A DNA stretch of 63,870 bases, counting the filler, from Sanchytrium tribonematis (Eukaryota), in assembly GCA_018985235.1 (NCBI GenBank). It is 8 parts of 8 records of this genome, joined end to end, with 100 filler letters (N's around TTAATTAATTAA, not from the genome) between each part and the next. Parts side by side here need not be neighbours in the genome. Positions count along the whole stretch, not along the records: positions 16,117 to 21,353 come from JADGIG010000626.1; positions 21,454 to 26,664 come from JADGIG010000627.1; positions 26,765 to 53,259 come from JADGIG010000061.1; 5 more parts are not named here. One strand, given 5' to 3'. The notes below the pieces were generated by a model, which saw only the letters and a list, made by a program, of their open reading frames with translations, was not told the origin of the DNA and did no database searches. Of the stretch, positions 20,853 through 34,187 are shown piece by piece. The first letter of the stretch is position 1; the number at the start of each line of letters is the position of its first letter. The position numbers and the translations under genes are program-made.

Positions 20853-21191
20853 ATGAGTCAATTTTCAATCGATGAAAACGGAAATTTTAGAGTTTTAGAT
20901 TCGAGCACATACAAAGAAAGCGAGAATTTGGGTGTCTTAGGAAATGATTTTCTGTTCAAAAGTAAAGAATTGCTGGAATACACACAATCAAATCTTTCCA
21001 ATCTACAAGAACAAGTTGATAACATTGAAATCAAAAGGAAGCTAGCAATCAAATATAGACTACTAACTAAATTAGAAAAACAAAAGAGAGTGTCTCTTGA
21101 AAAACAATCTAAGGAAGAGTTGCATATACTGAGCTTGGAATTGGAACAACTTCAAAATTACCTCCTATCGATTTCTAAAGGAGAAGAATAA
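20853..21191 (+). CDS. IFT20: Intraflagellar transport protein 20
   Basis: FSIDENGNFRVLDS...ESENL and VDNIEIKRKLAI, coiled coil; typical IFT20 length. Confidence 0.72.
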   Translation: MSQFSIDENGNFRVLDSSTYKESENLGVLGNDFLFKSKELLEYTQSNLSNLQEQVDNIEIKRKLAIKYRLLTKLEKQKRVSLEKQSKEELHILSLELEQLQNYLLSISKGEE

Positions 21192-21453
21192 ACACGTGAA
21201 ATCAACTAATCAGGACTCTGCTAATTTATTTAAGTCCATAAATGACATCCGAAATATTTCGCCTTCATTATCTTCGTAGGAATCTTGTTTCATTGTCATT
21301 ATTTTTGAGTTGAGCATTTTTAAGACTTGAGACTGAACCTAGATGAATTTGAANNNNNNNNNNNNNNNNNNNNNNNNNNNNNNNNNNNNNNNNNNNNTTA
21401 ATTAATTAANNNNNNNNNNNNNNNNNNNNNNNNNNNNNNNNNNNNNNNNNNNN

Positions 21454-22192
21454 TTGAAAGGAAGGTTGCACTTATTTAGAGTAGATATTTCCAAACCTAT
21501 TGAAGACTACCCAAATTACGATAAAACCTTCAGGCTTCACTACAGTGATGATCATTCGGACGCTATCTGGGAAATTGCTGCTTTTGAGAAAAAAAACAAG
21601 TGCGCTTCCATCAGTGCCGACGGAACTCTTAAAATATGGACCCTGGATCAAAATTTAATCACGCTTTCGCATTCCCTGACTTGTACTTTATGCTAACGTA
21701 GTTGATAATCAACACCCAACTTCTATCTGCTGTTCATACCAAAATGATGATCTTTTTTATGCTGGATTCGATACTGGTCAGATTTTGTCTCTGGACATTA
21801 ATACTGGTAAAGTCGTTGATACAATAACTGCCAGCGTGGAAGCAAAAATTCAAATCAATCAAATTAAATCACATCCAACTGAGAATTTAATAGGGTGCGC
21901 TATGGATGACAACTCTTTGATACTAATTGATCCAAAGCAAGAAAATCCAGTGACTCGTATCATTGCACACACTGATAGCGTATCTAGCTTGGTTTTTAAT
22001 AGTGGTTCTTGCATAACCGGAAGCCATGATGGAAGTGTTAGGATATGGGACTTGACCAGTCGCCAATGTGTTCAAGAATTTACAGCGCACCGTAAAAAAT
22101 ATGACGAGTCGGTGTGCAACCTCGATTGCATCGGGGAGTCTTTGCTGAGTTGTGGTGCTGATGCTATTGTCAAACATTATTCTCTTATGTAA
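21454..22192 (+). CDS. Striatin/Far8-like WD40 protein, 5'-truncated; exons <21454-21682 and 21702-22192
   Basis: HSDAIW, SADGTLKIW, QINQIKSHPT, AHTDSVSSL, GSHDGSVRIW, CVQEFTAHRKKYDESV, SCGADAIVK. Confidence 0.85.
21683..21701 (+). other. 19-nt spliceosomal intron GTACTTTATGCTAACGTAG (striatin)
   Basis: Canonical GCTAAC branch site; removal joins the two WD40 ORFs in frame. Confidence 0.92.
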
Positions 22193-22196
22193 TAAA

Positions 22197-22493
22197 TCAA
22201 TGCATAGTATTTTTATTATTTCTTTTCTTTTCGAGGTACGCTTCTTTGAGTTCCTTATCATAAATCATAGAAGGTAGCCATTTGTCCGGAATTCTAGATC
22301 TTATTTCAATTCTCCTACCATATTCAAACACGCCGTAGCAAAGAATAGTAGAGACACCTAAAATAACAAGAAGATTGTATCTCCAATGTTTTGTTTGAGT
22401 ATACGCACCACCAGTCGGACTCCATACATGCTTTGGGGTAAGTGCTTCTTTTGGTGCTCTGCTACCGAATCGCTTTATGGACGGTAAAATCAT
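22197..22493 (-). CDS. Small fungal-type mitochondrial membrane protein (complex I accessory-like)
   Basis: PKHVWSPTGG.Y...W..N, one TM helix, P.KWLPSM motif. Confidence 0.6.
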   Translation of the reverse strand: MILPSIKRFGSRAPKEALTPKHVWSPTGGAYTQTKHWRYNLLVILGVSTILCYGVFEYGRRIEIRSRIPDKWLPSMIYDKELKEAYLEKKRNNKNTMH

Positions 22494-22531
22494 TGTTTCC
22501 AATAATAATCCCCGTTGCAAAAAAATTATTC

Positions 22532-23089
22532 TTATATGTTTATTGACTCTTCTTCTTGTTGGCCGAGTTTTGGGAGCCGATCTTGAGCCTGCGGCTGTTG
22601 GATTGACTGTGAAGGGTGCTGGGAAAGATGTTGATGTGGCATTTGATGATGTTCTTGTGGAATCTGACCACCAAGTTGAGGATTGCTTAATGGAGGAAGG
22701 CCATGCTGCTGATACTTCATAGCATCCTGATATTGTGAGTGGTCGACCCAACGAGGGTCGTAAGCGCCATGCATTTGCTGCGGTCCAGGTGGTTTCGATT
22801 GATCTCGGAACCGCTGAAGGTATAATTTTAAAACTTCAGAGTAGTTTTCAAATCCAAGGTTTTCCATGGCCCATAATATATCTTCCCCATTTATAGTTTT
22901 TCTTTTTTCTTGTAAACATCTATCTGCTGCTTCGGATGTGATAAATCCAATAAACTCTGATACACACTCCTGAACACACTCTTTCGCGTCTTTGGCTATT
23001 TTCGCGTTATCAGGTAATGTTCTTTTCATGATACGTGAAACATTAGCGATTGGTAAATATCTGTCTTGTTCTCGAGCGTGATCGTCCAT
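22532..23089 (-). CDS. HAP3: CCAAT-binding factor subunit B (NF-YB/Hap3)
   Basis: [48 protein letters not shown]. Confidence 0.96.
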   Translation of the reverse strand: MDDHAREQDRYLPIANVSRIMKRTLPDNAKIAKDAKECVQECVSEFIGFITSEAADRCLQEKRKTINGEDILWAMENLGFENYSEVLKLYLQRFRDQSKPPGPQQMHGAYDPRWVDHSQYQDAMKYQQHGLPPLSNPQLGGQIPQEHHQMPHQHLSQHPSQSIQQPQAQDRLPKLGQQEEESINI

Positions 23090-23186
23090 TCAAATTGTTT
23101 CAGCAAAGGGGCTTTTCTTGTTTGAATTCTGTATTTAGCCAAGGCGTTTATCGCCTAGCGTGATAGTTTATTATTAGTTTATTTAT

Positions 23187-24525
23187 TTAATGTACACACT
23201 GGGCAATATTAACTACCTGTTCAGGACTTAAATTTCGGGTTTCGGGAAGAAACTTGACAATATAAGCACCAAAAAACATACACACAGTGAAGATTAAAAA
23301 CGTGTATTCCTTACAGAGCATGAGCAATACTAGAAAAGAACCTGCAATCGCAATATTGAACAACCAATTTACGCTTACGGCTATAAATGTCGCATATCCA
23401 ACCATTGGTAAATCGAAAAGTTCAGGTATCAATAAAAATGGTAATAAACCGATTCCGCAATTAAAGAAAAATAGAACCAGTAACATGCTGACTACAGCTA
23501 CATAAGGCGAACCTTTGATAAGTGAAACACATAATAAAATATGTGATAAACCGGCACCTAAGAATGTAACTCGTAAAAGTGTTTGTCTTCTATACTTCTC
23601 GATGATAAAAAACAACGGTATCGAAGAGAATATGTTGAAAACAGTTAATAAAACAGAATACAGATTTGCAGAGGTCGGAAATATTTCGCGAAAGATAAAT
23701 GTAGAGTAATAATATACAACATTCATGCCACTCATCTGTTGTAGTGCATGTAACAAACAAACTAACAGCAGATGTTTTCGATACATATTGTTTGTAAACA
23801 AATCTCTAAAAGATCTTTTAGCTAAATCCTCATGAACATCGTCTTCTTTTTGAATACTTAAAGCCGAGTCCATTTCGTCTTTGACTTCCCATGTTAAAAT
23901 TTCTGCAGGAATGTTCCATCGCCTGGATCTAATTTTGCTTAGACTCTGGATTGCTTTTGCTTTGCTTTGATTATAATAAAGGTATTTTGGACTTTCTACA
24001 ATAAAAAATACTCCAATAATCAATATTAGAGAAATAGATATGGGTATCCCTGCTGTGACTACCCAGTCAGTCAGGTATCCAAACAAACTGCTTAAACATA
24101 TCGCTATAACAGTTATGAAGCTTGTACAATTATTTGCAATGCCTCTATAGCGAGACGGAGTAATTTCAGATATATACAGTGGACTGATGCTTAATCCAAT
24201 GCCACATCCCACTCCTAGATAAATTTAAAATACCTACTACAACTCTTCCCAGACAAATAAGTTCAATGACTTCTGAAAGCTGAATGATTGAACCAATAGT
24301 ACAAAGTGATCCACACAGAAGCAAAAATAATTTTCTTCTGAGTTTTAATCCAGATAAAATGGAGCCAATTAAACCTCCAGCACTAAACATACTGGTTGCA
24401 ATGCCGACACTAGCTATTTCAAAATTCGTAATAAACGAGTAGTTATTCAAGGCAACCAAATGGTATCCAAATAGGAAGTTACAGCATGTTGAAATAATTA
24501 CGCTTAGAAAATAACGTAGATTCAT
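23187..24525 (-). CDS. MFS sugar porter; exons 24525-24234 and 24214-23187
   Basis: FLFGYH, spliced GRVVVG|VGCG, YISEITP, ESPKYL, QQMSGMN, PETRN. Confidence 0.9.
24215..24233 (-). other. 19-nt spliceosomal intron GTATTTTAAATTTATCTAG (sugar porter)
   Basis: Removal restores TM4 GRxxxGxGxG and fuses the two ORFs. Confidence 0.92.
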
Positions 24526-24740
24526 TCTACGATTTTGAAACAAAGTCCCCGTTTTCAAATATGATTCTGGATAAATTAATATTGCAGCAATTAAATTCCT
24601 TTAATGTTGATTATCATTTTCCATAGAAGCGAAGAATCCAAAGGACTTGAACGCCAGTCAGTTTCCTTCAAAGTAAATGATTGGTGATTCTGATTGGCTG
24701 TTGTTATTAATATAACAGGTGGTAGTCAAAAATCTAAAAA

Positions 24741-26664
24741 ATGATTTTATTTTTATTATGTTTCTCCCAGACGCCCGCCGTCCCTGGTGCACCTAATATT
24801 CAAAGCACCCAAGATGCCAATCGACAATTAGTTAAAAGAATTGATTTTACTGGAAGTAAAGGTAATCTCTGCAGCGCGGGTCAATCGAGACAATGGTCGA
24901 CTGACGCAGGTTCATTTAGACAAGTTGCTTCTGATGCTGCATCGCCATGCACGCCTGGATTTTGGTGCCCTCAAGACTCCTTTCAACCAGTGTATTGTTG
25001 TCCTGGTTTTTATTGTAACACACCTGCAGAAATTGCGGAATGTCCAGATGGCAGTTATTGTCCTTTAGGAACCACAGTGCCACTTCCGTGTATGTACTTG
25101 GCTATTTGTCCTCAAGGGACTACGAAGCCAAAGAGATTTGTTGTATTAATTTTAGTGTTTTTTATATTGTGTATCTTGGGCATTGGTTTTAGCATGAAAA
25201 AAAGACTTGATATTCAAAAGGCCATAAGAAATAGGATACAAATAGAACACGTTCGAAAAGACCGAAAAAGTATAATACAGCAAATGTCTTCGAATTTAAA
25301 TACCATTAATATCGAATTTGAAGATTTGAGTTTTAAATTAGCTGACGGGACGCCAATATTAAGCGAGGTAAGTGGATTTTTACAGTTTGGTAAATTGACT
25401 GGAATTATGGGCCCATCTGGTAGTGGTAAAACTACACTGTTTTCGCTGTTAACAGGAAAAATAAAAAGGACCACCGGGAATTTTTTAGTGAATGACCTTA
25501 AACAAGAACTCGGTCATTATAGAAAATTAATGGGTTATGTGCCTCAAGACGATGTGATGCTCAAAGAATTAACGGTTGACAATATTTTAACACACAGTGC
25601 ACTGACTCGGCTTCCAGTAGACATGCCTTATGCAGATAAAAGGAAAAAAGTCCTTGAAGTTATCAAATACCTGGGACTGAAAACTGTTTTAAATACCCAA
25701 ATTGGAGATGTGAATGAGAGAGGGATTTCGGGTGGTCAAAGGAAAAGAGTTAACATTGCCATGGAGCTTGTTTCTGATCCTTCAATTTTGTTTTTAGATG
25801 AGCCGACTTCTGGGTTGGATAGTTCAACAGCTCTAGAATTGACTCTTTTACTAAATAAGTTAGCCAAGGATAAAAATATGACTGTTGCAGCAATTATACA
25901 TTCACCAAACCCAGCAGTTTTTTATCAATTTGATGACATACTATTTTTGGGAAAAGATGGCAAAGTTGTTTACTTTGGACCAACAATGGGCGTCGAGCAT
26001 TATTTCAAAGAACTTGGTTTCAATATGGAAACTGATAACCCGGCCGATTTTGTTATTGACGTGATAAGTGGTAAAATTCCATGTAATTGGGATGATCAAT
26101 TCAAACCATCTGATCTAAGCATTTTTTGGGATAACTATCAACGAGGAATTCCAATTCAGAAATTAAGGCAAAACCAAGAAGTTTCACGACAGAGGTCTGT
26201 TAGAAGACGCACTATTAAAAAGAGTTTCTGGGATACTTTACATTCATCGCTTCTCCAAGTGTATCAAGAGTACAAAGAATTTGCTATCGATGTGTGTGGA
26301 GAATTTTCAGAGTATTGCAAATCATTTTTCTCAGACAGAGATCGAAACTTACGTAAGACACCTTCGTTTGTTAGTCTATACTATCTACTTCTAAAAAGAG
26401 CCGTTATGCAACTTTTTAAGTCGCCTAGATTATTTTTATTTGATATTTTTACACATTTCACTGCAGGCATAATAGTCAGTATAGCAGATCAAGATTTTAA
26501 ATACATCGGCAAACTTCCTCAGCGAGTTTGTGATTTGACAATTGAAGACAGCCCAGTTGACACTATGTGTTTAGCTCCAATAGATTGGATGGGAAATGCA
26601 GGTATGATCATGATTTTTGGAATACTTTTCACGGGTCAAGCTGCTGCGACCTCTACATTTATGC
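24741..26664 (+). CDS. ABCG half-transporter with Cys-rich extracellular N-terminus, 3'-truncated
   Basis: CxPGFxC repeats, TM helix, GPSGSGKTT, ISGGQRKRV, FLDEPTSGLDS. Confidence 0.92.
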
Positions 26665-27372
26665 NNNNNNNNNNNNNNNNNNNNNNNNNNNNNNNNNNNN
26701 NNNNNNNNTTAATTAATTAANNNNNNNNNNNNNNNNNNNNNNNNNNNNNNNNNNNNNNNNNNNNATTTTCTCCAATAGTTAAGCCTTGTCCTTGGGGTCC
26801 AAAATACAACCAGAGCTGGCTTTTACCGCAATTGGAAATCAGACATGAAACTGATCTTAGTATTGCCAATACTTAGTGTGTCCTTAATAAAATAAGAAAT
26901 TTTAGTTACAAAACGGGTAAATGACAAAATGCCGCGTTCAAAGTGGTTTTATGAATCTAAATTTTCTGTATTAACAGTAAACGGCGACTCTGTCGAGACT
27001 TTTGCCTTTTCCACAAAAATTATTATTATTTAGTAGGAAAAAACTACAAATTTTCAATTTTTGGGAATCCCTTCGAGATTCAAGATAACGATGCAATGCG
27101 ATCACCTCAGTTTTCTAATCCAAAGCCTCTAATTGCATAATCACTTCTGGAAGATATTGCTAAGTATGCCTCTGAAATTAGATAGCTTCCAACTTACTTG
27201 TCAGAATCAATTATCCTAGATTGATAAGTTTGACCTTAGGGGCCGCAATATAACCATATTTCACTATTAGCGCAATTCGAGATCAGGCGTGAGACTGATC
27301 TTACTCGATTCAGCGGAGGAAAATCGTAAATAAAATTACTTGCAAGTTTCATATTTTATTAATTTAAAACAA

Positions 27373-30300
27373 ATGGATGAACTTTTAGGCCAGCTGCTCC
27401 AAAAAGAACGCAGAAAAAGCGGTGCTTCGGAGTCAGATGATCCTACTGATTTATTTAAATTGCTCAAGCATAGAAGCAGTATGGTGCGAGCTTATATTTA
27501 TAAAGAAATTAGGAGACAAATTATTGTTTTTCATCCCTATTTGTATTTAATTGATTTATATGTATTAAAAAGTATGACTATGCCAATAAGCGAAGAACTA
27601 GACCAGGTTATGATGCTGATTCAGGCCTGGATTCAATACGAACTTCCATTTAGCATTTTATATGCATTGATCTCTTATTCTAAGGAGGGAGAATATATTT
27701 CAAAAATTTGCACTGGTCTAATTATCGAATGCAATATACTCCATCCTGAATTAAAATTGGCTTATCATTTAGCCACATTAAATGAATGGGATTGGAGAGT
27801 CTCTGATAGAAGTATTTATATTTTGCTAGCAATGATGGAAAATAAAACATCGCGGCAATGCTTACCGGATGTCCAACTACCTTTGATTCAGCCATACATT
27901 GATCCAGAAACTACTGAAAATGTTAATCTAAGTCAAAACATCATTACAACTGTATTTATGATGTTTGATTGCTGGCACGGCATATTTTATTTAAAACGCT
28001 ATTCTTCTCTTTGGGGTTGTATTGTTAATATAATTTCGGCCCGAAACGCTTCAACTGAAAAATTTCTTGTACATTTTGATGATTTTTTAAAAGACAAACT
28101 TGTTCAGACTGAACTAAATTATTTATCTATCATAAAGCTTAATTTGGCAACTGAAATAATTAAGGAACTGATAAACTATAAAGTTTTAGATGAAATAATA
28201 CTTATTTTACCAGTTTCGCAATTCCGAGATAGGGCCTCTTCCATTTTGAAATTGCTATATAAGTATGGAAACAAAATTTTAAATTACCATTTGCCGCTTG
28301 AAATTGTGCATCATATATTTGATACCGCTGCGTATTTTAAGGACTCCACTGCCGATCATATTAATCCTTCGGTAGAACTGAAAATGTCAGAATATAAAAG
28401 TGAATATTTCAACAATTGTCAGCAAATGTTTAAAATCGATAATTTATTTAAAGAATTCAAAAGGGACGCTTACTTTCCAATACAGCTAAGTCGCAAAAGG
28501 AGTGGGATGTATGCTATTCACGGTTATCATGCTGATTCCACGCAATTATTTAAGCAATTTAATGATGCGATGTGTACCAGTAATACATTTAATAAGTTTG
28601 AACTTTGGAGATTTGACATAATATTTACTTGTTTATACCAAATCCAAAACGATAATCTACTTGCAGAATTCGTGAATAGCAAATATTTTAAAAGATTGGT
28701 TCAGTTTTATACAATTTCCAACTCTGAATATTGTTCTTTAGTGGCAGAGAATAAGCTCATGTATGACGTCTTTGAATTATTGTTTCGCATACTACTAGCA
28801 TCTGAAACAGGCTACAAATCATTAGTTAATCACGACTTTATGATTCAGTTGCGTGAAAATTTGAAATGTAGCTTGCCAGGTACACTAGACCGTGTGAATT
28901 ATTTTACACCAAATACAATTGAACAGACAAATGTCAAATTTTACTTTAAAATAATACATGTGATCAGTTGTTACGATTTTGGAGTTAGGCTGTTTTCTGA
29001 TCACAGTATATTCACTGTTTTAATTCAAATTGCAGATAAATCAAGCAACGAAATGCTTTTGCTTAAAATAATGCAAAACCTGGATTATTCTTTGCCTAGT
29101 TACAGCAGGGTGTTGCTAACAAAGTTTTTAAATCACCCTATACCCTCTATAAGGATCGCAGCACTTGAACAATTCAATGATCTCAAAACAGACGAATTCA
29201 AAATTTTTGCTCTCAAAATGTTGGTCGAGCTGCTTCATGATATCAACAAAGAAGTCCAAATGAAAGCCAGCAATATCATTTTAGAGATTCTGAAAGAGAA
29301 AAAGTACATTCAGATAATGGCAACCTACAAACCAAATATCCAAAAGCTGAAAATTAATAAGAAACTTTTATATACCATGATGTCTGTCCCAGATGGATTC
29401 GAATATCTTTCTGATTTTTTAGTAGATGAATTACATATATGGGCAAGCGTTTTAAATTCGAAATATGTAGTCGACCACGATGCTTTATTTTCTTCTAAAA
29501 TGTTGGACAGAAACCATATTGTTGGGACATTTGAGCAGCGCAAATTTGATAAAGAAATTATTCATGACTTTCAATTTGTTGATGAGCCGCATTTGTTCCA
29601 GTATATATGCAGAACTAAGAATGGTTACACCCACTTACGGGCATCTTGTGAACTTGATCACATGGTCTCATATCTCAGAAATTTCTCAGGGAATGGTGAT
29701 TATAAGAAATGTGTGATTCTTCGTGGGATTTTAGTCGCATTTGGATATCTTTCAATGTCCCTTAACGGTTTGCATTGTATAGAAGATCATAATGTGGTTC
29801 AAATAATTGTAGAGTTGGCACATTCGAGTTCAAACATCAGCATTAGAGGTACTTGTTTTCATGTACTCTGCATGGTTGGATCGACAAAACAAGGCCATGA
29901 AAGACTGAAGGCTTTAAAATGGAGTTCCACGATTCATAATGAAACTACGTTGTACATTGATTGTGGTCCAATTCCGAGCACTGATTTCTATGACGTATTT
30001 TAAAGTAATATAGATTTTTGAAAAGCCAGCAATTGACAAAGAATTATCAAGATCATATGAAGACCCTGAAGATGTAAGCAATCCATTGGAAATAGAGCTA
30101 ATTGAATTACTGGGAGATTTGGGAAATAATGTGATTTCCCAAAAAATTGCTAGTAAAATTAAGCAAATGAGAACAAAGCACCCGCATATATTTAAAAGCG
30201 CCAATATTGTTCTTTGCTTGCATAGGCTGCTAAATACTATGCCGTATCCTGTTCAAACGCTGAAATTTATATTTAAAATTTTTGAACTAAATATCGATAT

Positions 30301-30442
30301 TTTCGACTTGGAAATCACGACTGTAAATAAGAGCATTCGCTCATTACCCAAACAAAGCTATATATCTAGTTTTGATCCCGATGTAGACAAAAGATTGGCC
30401 AAAAGGACGAAAGCGGTTAGCGAATTGGAAGGCTTCCATTAA
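27373..30442 (+). CDS. RICTOR: TORC2 subunit Rictor/Avo3-like; exons 27373-29994 and 30014-30442
   Basis: Armadillo-like; LDYS...SRVLLTKFL, SIRGTCFHVLCMVGST..G...L....W, C-terminal LLGDLGNNVI and HP.IF. Confidence 0.8.
29995..30013 (+). other. 19-nt spliceosomal intron GTATTTTAAAGTAATATAG (Rictor)
   Basis: Contains the ORF-terminating TAA; removal puts the downstream ORF in frame. Confidence 0.88.
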
Positions 30443-30564
30443 TATATCTTCATCTATGTAAAAATAAGAATATGAATACTATTAAACGAAAATATTAATA
30501 AATTGGTCTTGTATGAATTTTTGAGCGCACATTTCTTGTAATGTTGAGTAGGTCAAAAAATTGA

Positions 30565-31355
30565 ATGTCGGACGGAACAATTGATTCTTCAACACCAGGT
30601 TATGTCTTTACAGATGAAGAAGCACGTCAATTAAAATATACGCGTATTGCTTACTTTGCTTTGGGCATTAACTTGGGTCTTATCGGTCATGGAGTTGTTT
30701 CTAGTTTTAGATCATTTCCAAAAGACAAGAAAAAATGGCCATTTATAGTTTGTATTTGGGGATTAGTTGCTGGTCTCATCTCTACATTATTGAGTTACGC
30801 AAGTTCATATTGGGTGGATCCAAATGTCGAAAATGGTAGTGCCATCTTAACTACACTTGATGGTATTTTAATTTTAATTCAGGAATCTTTTATCCACAAA
30901 TGTTGATGATGACATACTTTGCTTATTACTTCCGATTAACATCATTGAGTACCTTTTCGGAAGCTGATAAATTTATCAAATTCATTCCAATTATTGCTGC
31001 TTTACAAACAATTCCAGATGATATCATTTACATTTTAGGTGCTTGGGTAAAAGATACAAGTAAAATGCAGGAGGCTACTCAAGTCGATGGTGCATTTAGT
31101 GGTGTAGTGGTGCTCTTGACATTTTTATCTTACTATGCAATTTTGTTCAAGAAAATGATGGGATATTTGACTGTATCTAAAAAGAGTGTGATGCTTAAAG
31201 TATCCATCATCACAATTGTGCTTTTGTTTGTAGATATTCTTTTGATTGTTTGCAACTTTACTGATAGAGATATGTACAATTGTATTTATTCTCTGAGTTT
31301 CACGGTTAAATTGGTTTGTGTTATTGAACTCTTTGACAGCAACTCTTGGATGTAA
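30565..31355 (+). CDS. Multi-pass (about 6-7 TM) membrane protein; exons 30565-30862 and 30883-31355
   Basis: Two hydrophobic ORFs fused in frame by a 20-nt intron. Confidence 0.75.
30863..30882 (+). other. 20-nt spliceosomal intron GTATTTTAATTTTAATTCAG
   Basis: GT-AG with A at -6; joins the frames of ORFs 30565 and 30900. Confidence 0.85.
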
Positions 31356-31381
31356 TAAATTCAATAGATTAGTTTATTAAA

Positions 31382-32749
31382 TTATTTCATATCAAAACTC
31401 CTGATGCTTTCACTGCTGTTGTGTCTTAAATTAAGCATTTCATTGACTTCTTCCAGAGACAATCCTTTAGTTTCCGGCAACTCATAGAACAACCATATAA
31501 CAAACAAGAAGCAAGATGCTCCAAAAACGTAAAAAGTATACGCTTGAAGAAAATCAAACATTAAAGGTGTGGTGGAATTAATAAGCAATGTGAAAATCCA
31601 GCCACTGGTCATACAAGCTGCTTGACCTCTGCTTCTCATTTGCAATGGAAATATTTCAGAGCAAACTACTATAGTAACAGGTCCAATAGCGTATGCAAAA
31701 TTAATAATGGCAATAAAAACACCAATGACAGCCAAAATGGGCCAATTTACGAGCATGCTTGTTCCGGTCATGCATAAGCCTAGGCAACAACCAACAGAAC
31801 CTGCTATCAGCAAAGTTTTTCTTCCTAATCTGTCAGTGAGATATAAGGAAGGAATAGTAAATACAAAATTTAAGAGACTTTGAAGAATCCCCATTTCATT
31901 CACGTATTGAGGAATGACCTGTTGGTATAATTTGCTTGAATAATACAAAAGAGCATTTACACCACTCAGTCTTTTAAACATTTGAAGAGTCATGCCCATT
32001 AAAAGTCTTCTCCAGTAAATTCGAATTACTTGATCCCAACTTAATTGCTTCATTTCCTTATTGAGACCATCATAAATTGCATTATACCTTTTTTCGAGCA
32101 ATATATCGTCTTCTTGAAATATAAATTTAAGCGCGTCTTTTGCTTCTTGATAGTCATGACGCATCATCAACCATCTCGGAGATTTAGGTAAATACGAACA
32201 ACCAATTATCAATAAAAGCGCTGGAATCATTTGTACAGCTATGGCAAGCTGCCAGTCTTCCATGTAAAATATATTGATATCTTCCAGATAAATTACACCA
32301 ACAAAAGCTACTAAATTTGCAACAGTGATTGACAAATGCTGTGCAGAGACCAACATTCCTCTTTTAGACGCATCGCAAATTTCACCGACATATAGAGGTG
32401 CGATTGCGTATAGGCAACCGATACCAATTCCACTAATAAATCTTCCGAACAAAAACATTTGGATGCCAACAGACAAAATTTGCCAAAATAATCCAATGAT
32501 AAATAAAAATGACATTAAATACATTGATTTTTTTCTACCTAGCTTATCAGCCATGACACCACAGCCAATTGATCCTATCATAGATCCAAAAATACCGCTT
32601 ACAACAATCATACTCAGAACGGCACTATTTAAATCAAATCTTGTTTTAAACGTATGGAATGTCTGAATCTTATTAATCAAACCACTATCTGCACCGAATA
32701 AGAAGACGCCCAAACTGGCAATGATATTGATTTGTGTCTGTCTGTGCAT
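31382..32749 (-). CDS. MFS sugar porter (hexose/polyol transporter family)
   Basis: FLFGAD, DKLGRKK, GRFISGIGIG, PKSPRWL, DRLGRK, PETKGLSLEE. Confidence 0.93.
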   Translation of the reverse strand: MHRQTQINIIASLGVFLFGADSGLINKIQTFHTFKTRFDLNSAVLSMIVVSGIFGSMIGSIGCGVMADKLGRKKSMYLMSFLFIIGLFWQILSVGIQMFLFGRFISGIGIGCLYAIAPLYVGEICDASKRGMLVSAQHLSITVANLVAFVGVIYLEDINIFYMEDWQLAIAVQMIPALLLIIGCSYLPKSPRWLMMRHDYQEAKDALKFIFQEDDILLEKRYNAIYDGLNKEMKQLSWDQVIRIYWRRLLMGMTLQMFKRLSGVNALLYYSSKLYQQVIPQYVNEMGILQSLLNFVFTIPSLYLTDRLGRKTLLIAGSVGCCLGLCMTGTSMLVNWPILAVIGVFIAIINFAYAIGPVTIVVCSEIFPLQMRSRGQAACMTSGWIFTLLINSTTPLMFDFLQAYTFYVFGASCFLFVIWLFYELPETKGLSLEEVNEMLNLRHNSSESIRSFDMK

Positions 32750-33531
32750 CAAAGAGGGATATTTTTGGAGAAATTACACAAATCCATTAAATTGTAAAAT
32801 GTGAGCACACGTGTGTAAAGAAATCTCCGTATAGGCTAAAATTCCCAAAATCGTAGAGCCAATTACCGAATGGATACGAGTCAAAACATAATTACTAATT
32901 TTTCGTGGCACAGATTGTTTGTATAACATTGTCGTTTTCAAACTGTTTCTATGAAAAAGCCAGCTCCCTGAAACTTTTGTGCAATGAATTTCGTATTTTT
33001 ATTGCTTGCTACCTGCAGCCCCATTCCGCTTTGGCCAAGTATTCAAAATATTGGTGAAAAATATGTGTATACACCACTTTCCAATGGATTCTTTGCGTAT
33101 ATCAATTTCAACTTTCTATTTAAGCAAGGATTTCTCGATCGGTTAGGAATCTAGCAACTTAAGGATGCGCTACATGCTTCTTCCAAATCAAAGTATAAGA
33201 TTTGGGTTGAAAATATGTGTTTGACCCAATCTGATAACTGCCCCTATTTATTCACATGTTGATTGTTAACATGTTTCTAATATTCGCGTTGCCAATACCG
33301 AAGGAACATACAGCCAACAGGTTAAAAGAAATATTCTCACTTTTGGCTGATGGAATAAAAGAGCCAGCTAGTTGTATCTTTGCTTTTGCACTTAATTTTC
33401 AACCGTTCCTAAGAATGCTCTATAATGGCAGATTGAACGATTTATTTAGCATTTAAACATTGGGCATCCTTAAATAAATATATCAATATTTAACAAACAG
33501 AAGAACCTAATCTTTTGTAGATCGAATCTTA

Positions 33532-34113
33532 TTATTCCACCTGCTCAGTGTCTTTTAGAGTATTAGGACTAGAAATTGCTTTTTCCGAGTCGATCTTAAT
33601 TGTAGCTTGACTTCTTCTGACATCGTCCAGCTCAAAAATTATTTCTTTTAGTTTCGTCAAATAAAAAACTAATGAAGCGGACAACACAATCGGTATCATT
33701 ATGTTTCTCATCAACAGATCATGCTGTAGTCTATTTGTTCCAGTACCTTCGGGATACCCTTTATAAATAGGCCCATTGACAAAATCAGTTTCAAGTAAGC
33801 ATTGGACTCGATCATCCACAATTATAATTTGCACCACATTAGCAACATCAAATAAGATCATCGCGATGATCAGATAAATTCTATTCATTCTTATGACCAT
33901 CATATTTAGAGTGAATACCGCGACAATTCCAACCACTGGGATTGATAAAAGTATTATCCACATCACATCATCAAAGACGTATTTTCTGCAATAGAAGGGA
34001 TTCAAAAGTAATAATATTCCAACACCAAGAAATAATATTTGAGAAAACGAATAGTACAAAAGCATCGATCGCGTTCTTTTCAACATGAGGCTTGAGATAA
34101 AGAAATTCACCAT
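33532..34113 (-). CDS. Hypothetical four-TM membrane protein
   Basis: ATG-started ORF with four hydrophobic segments. Confidence 0.6.
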   Translation of the reverse strand: MVNFFISSLMLKRTRSMLLYYSFSQILFLGVGILLLLNPFYCRKYVFDDVMWIILLSIPVVGIVAVFTLNMMVIRMNRIYLIIAMILFDVANVVQIIIVDDRVQCLLETDFVNGPIYKGYPEGTGTNRLQHDLLMRNIMIPIVLSASLVFYLTKLKEIIFELDDVRRSQATIKIDSEKAISSPNTLKDTEQVE

Positions 34114-34187
34114 TTATATGGTACGGTTGTTTTTAATTCAAATTTTTTAATAAAGGTGATAATTTGTATAATCAGACCAAAATAGAT

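Noticed and set aside
33256..33456. 66-aa ORF with hydrophobic start; similarly 62854-63060
   Set aside because: Too short and without motifs; cannot be supported without expression data.
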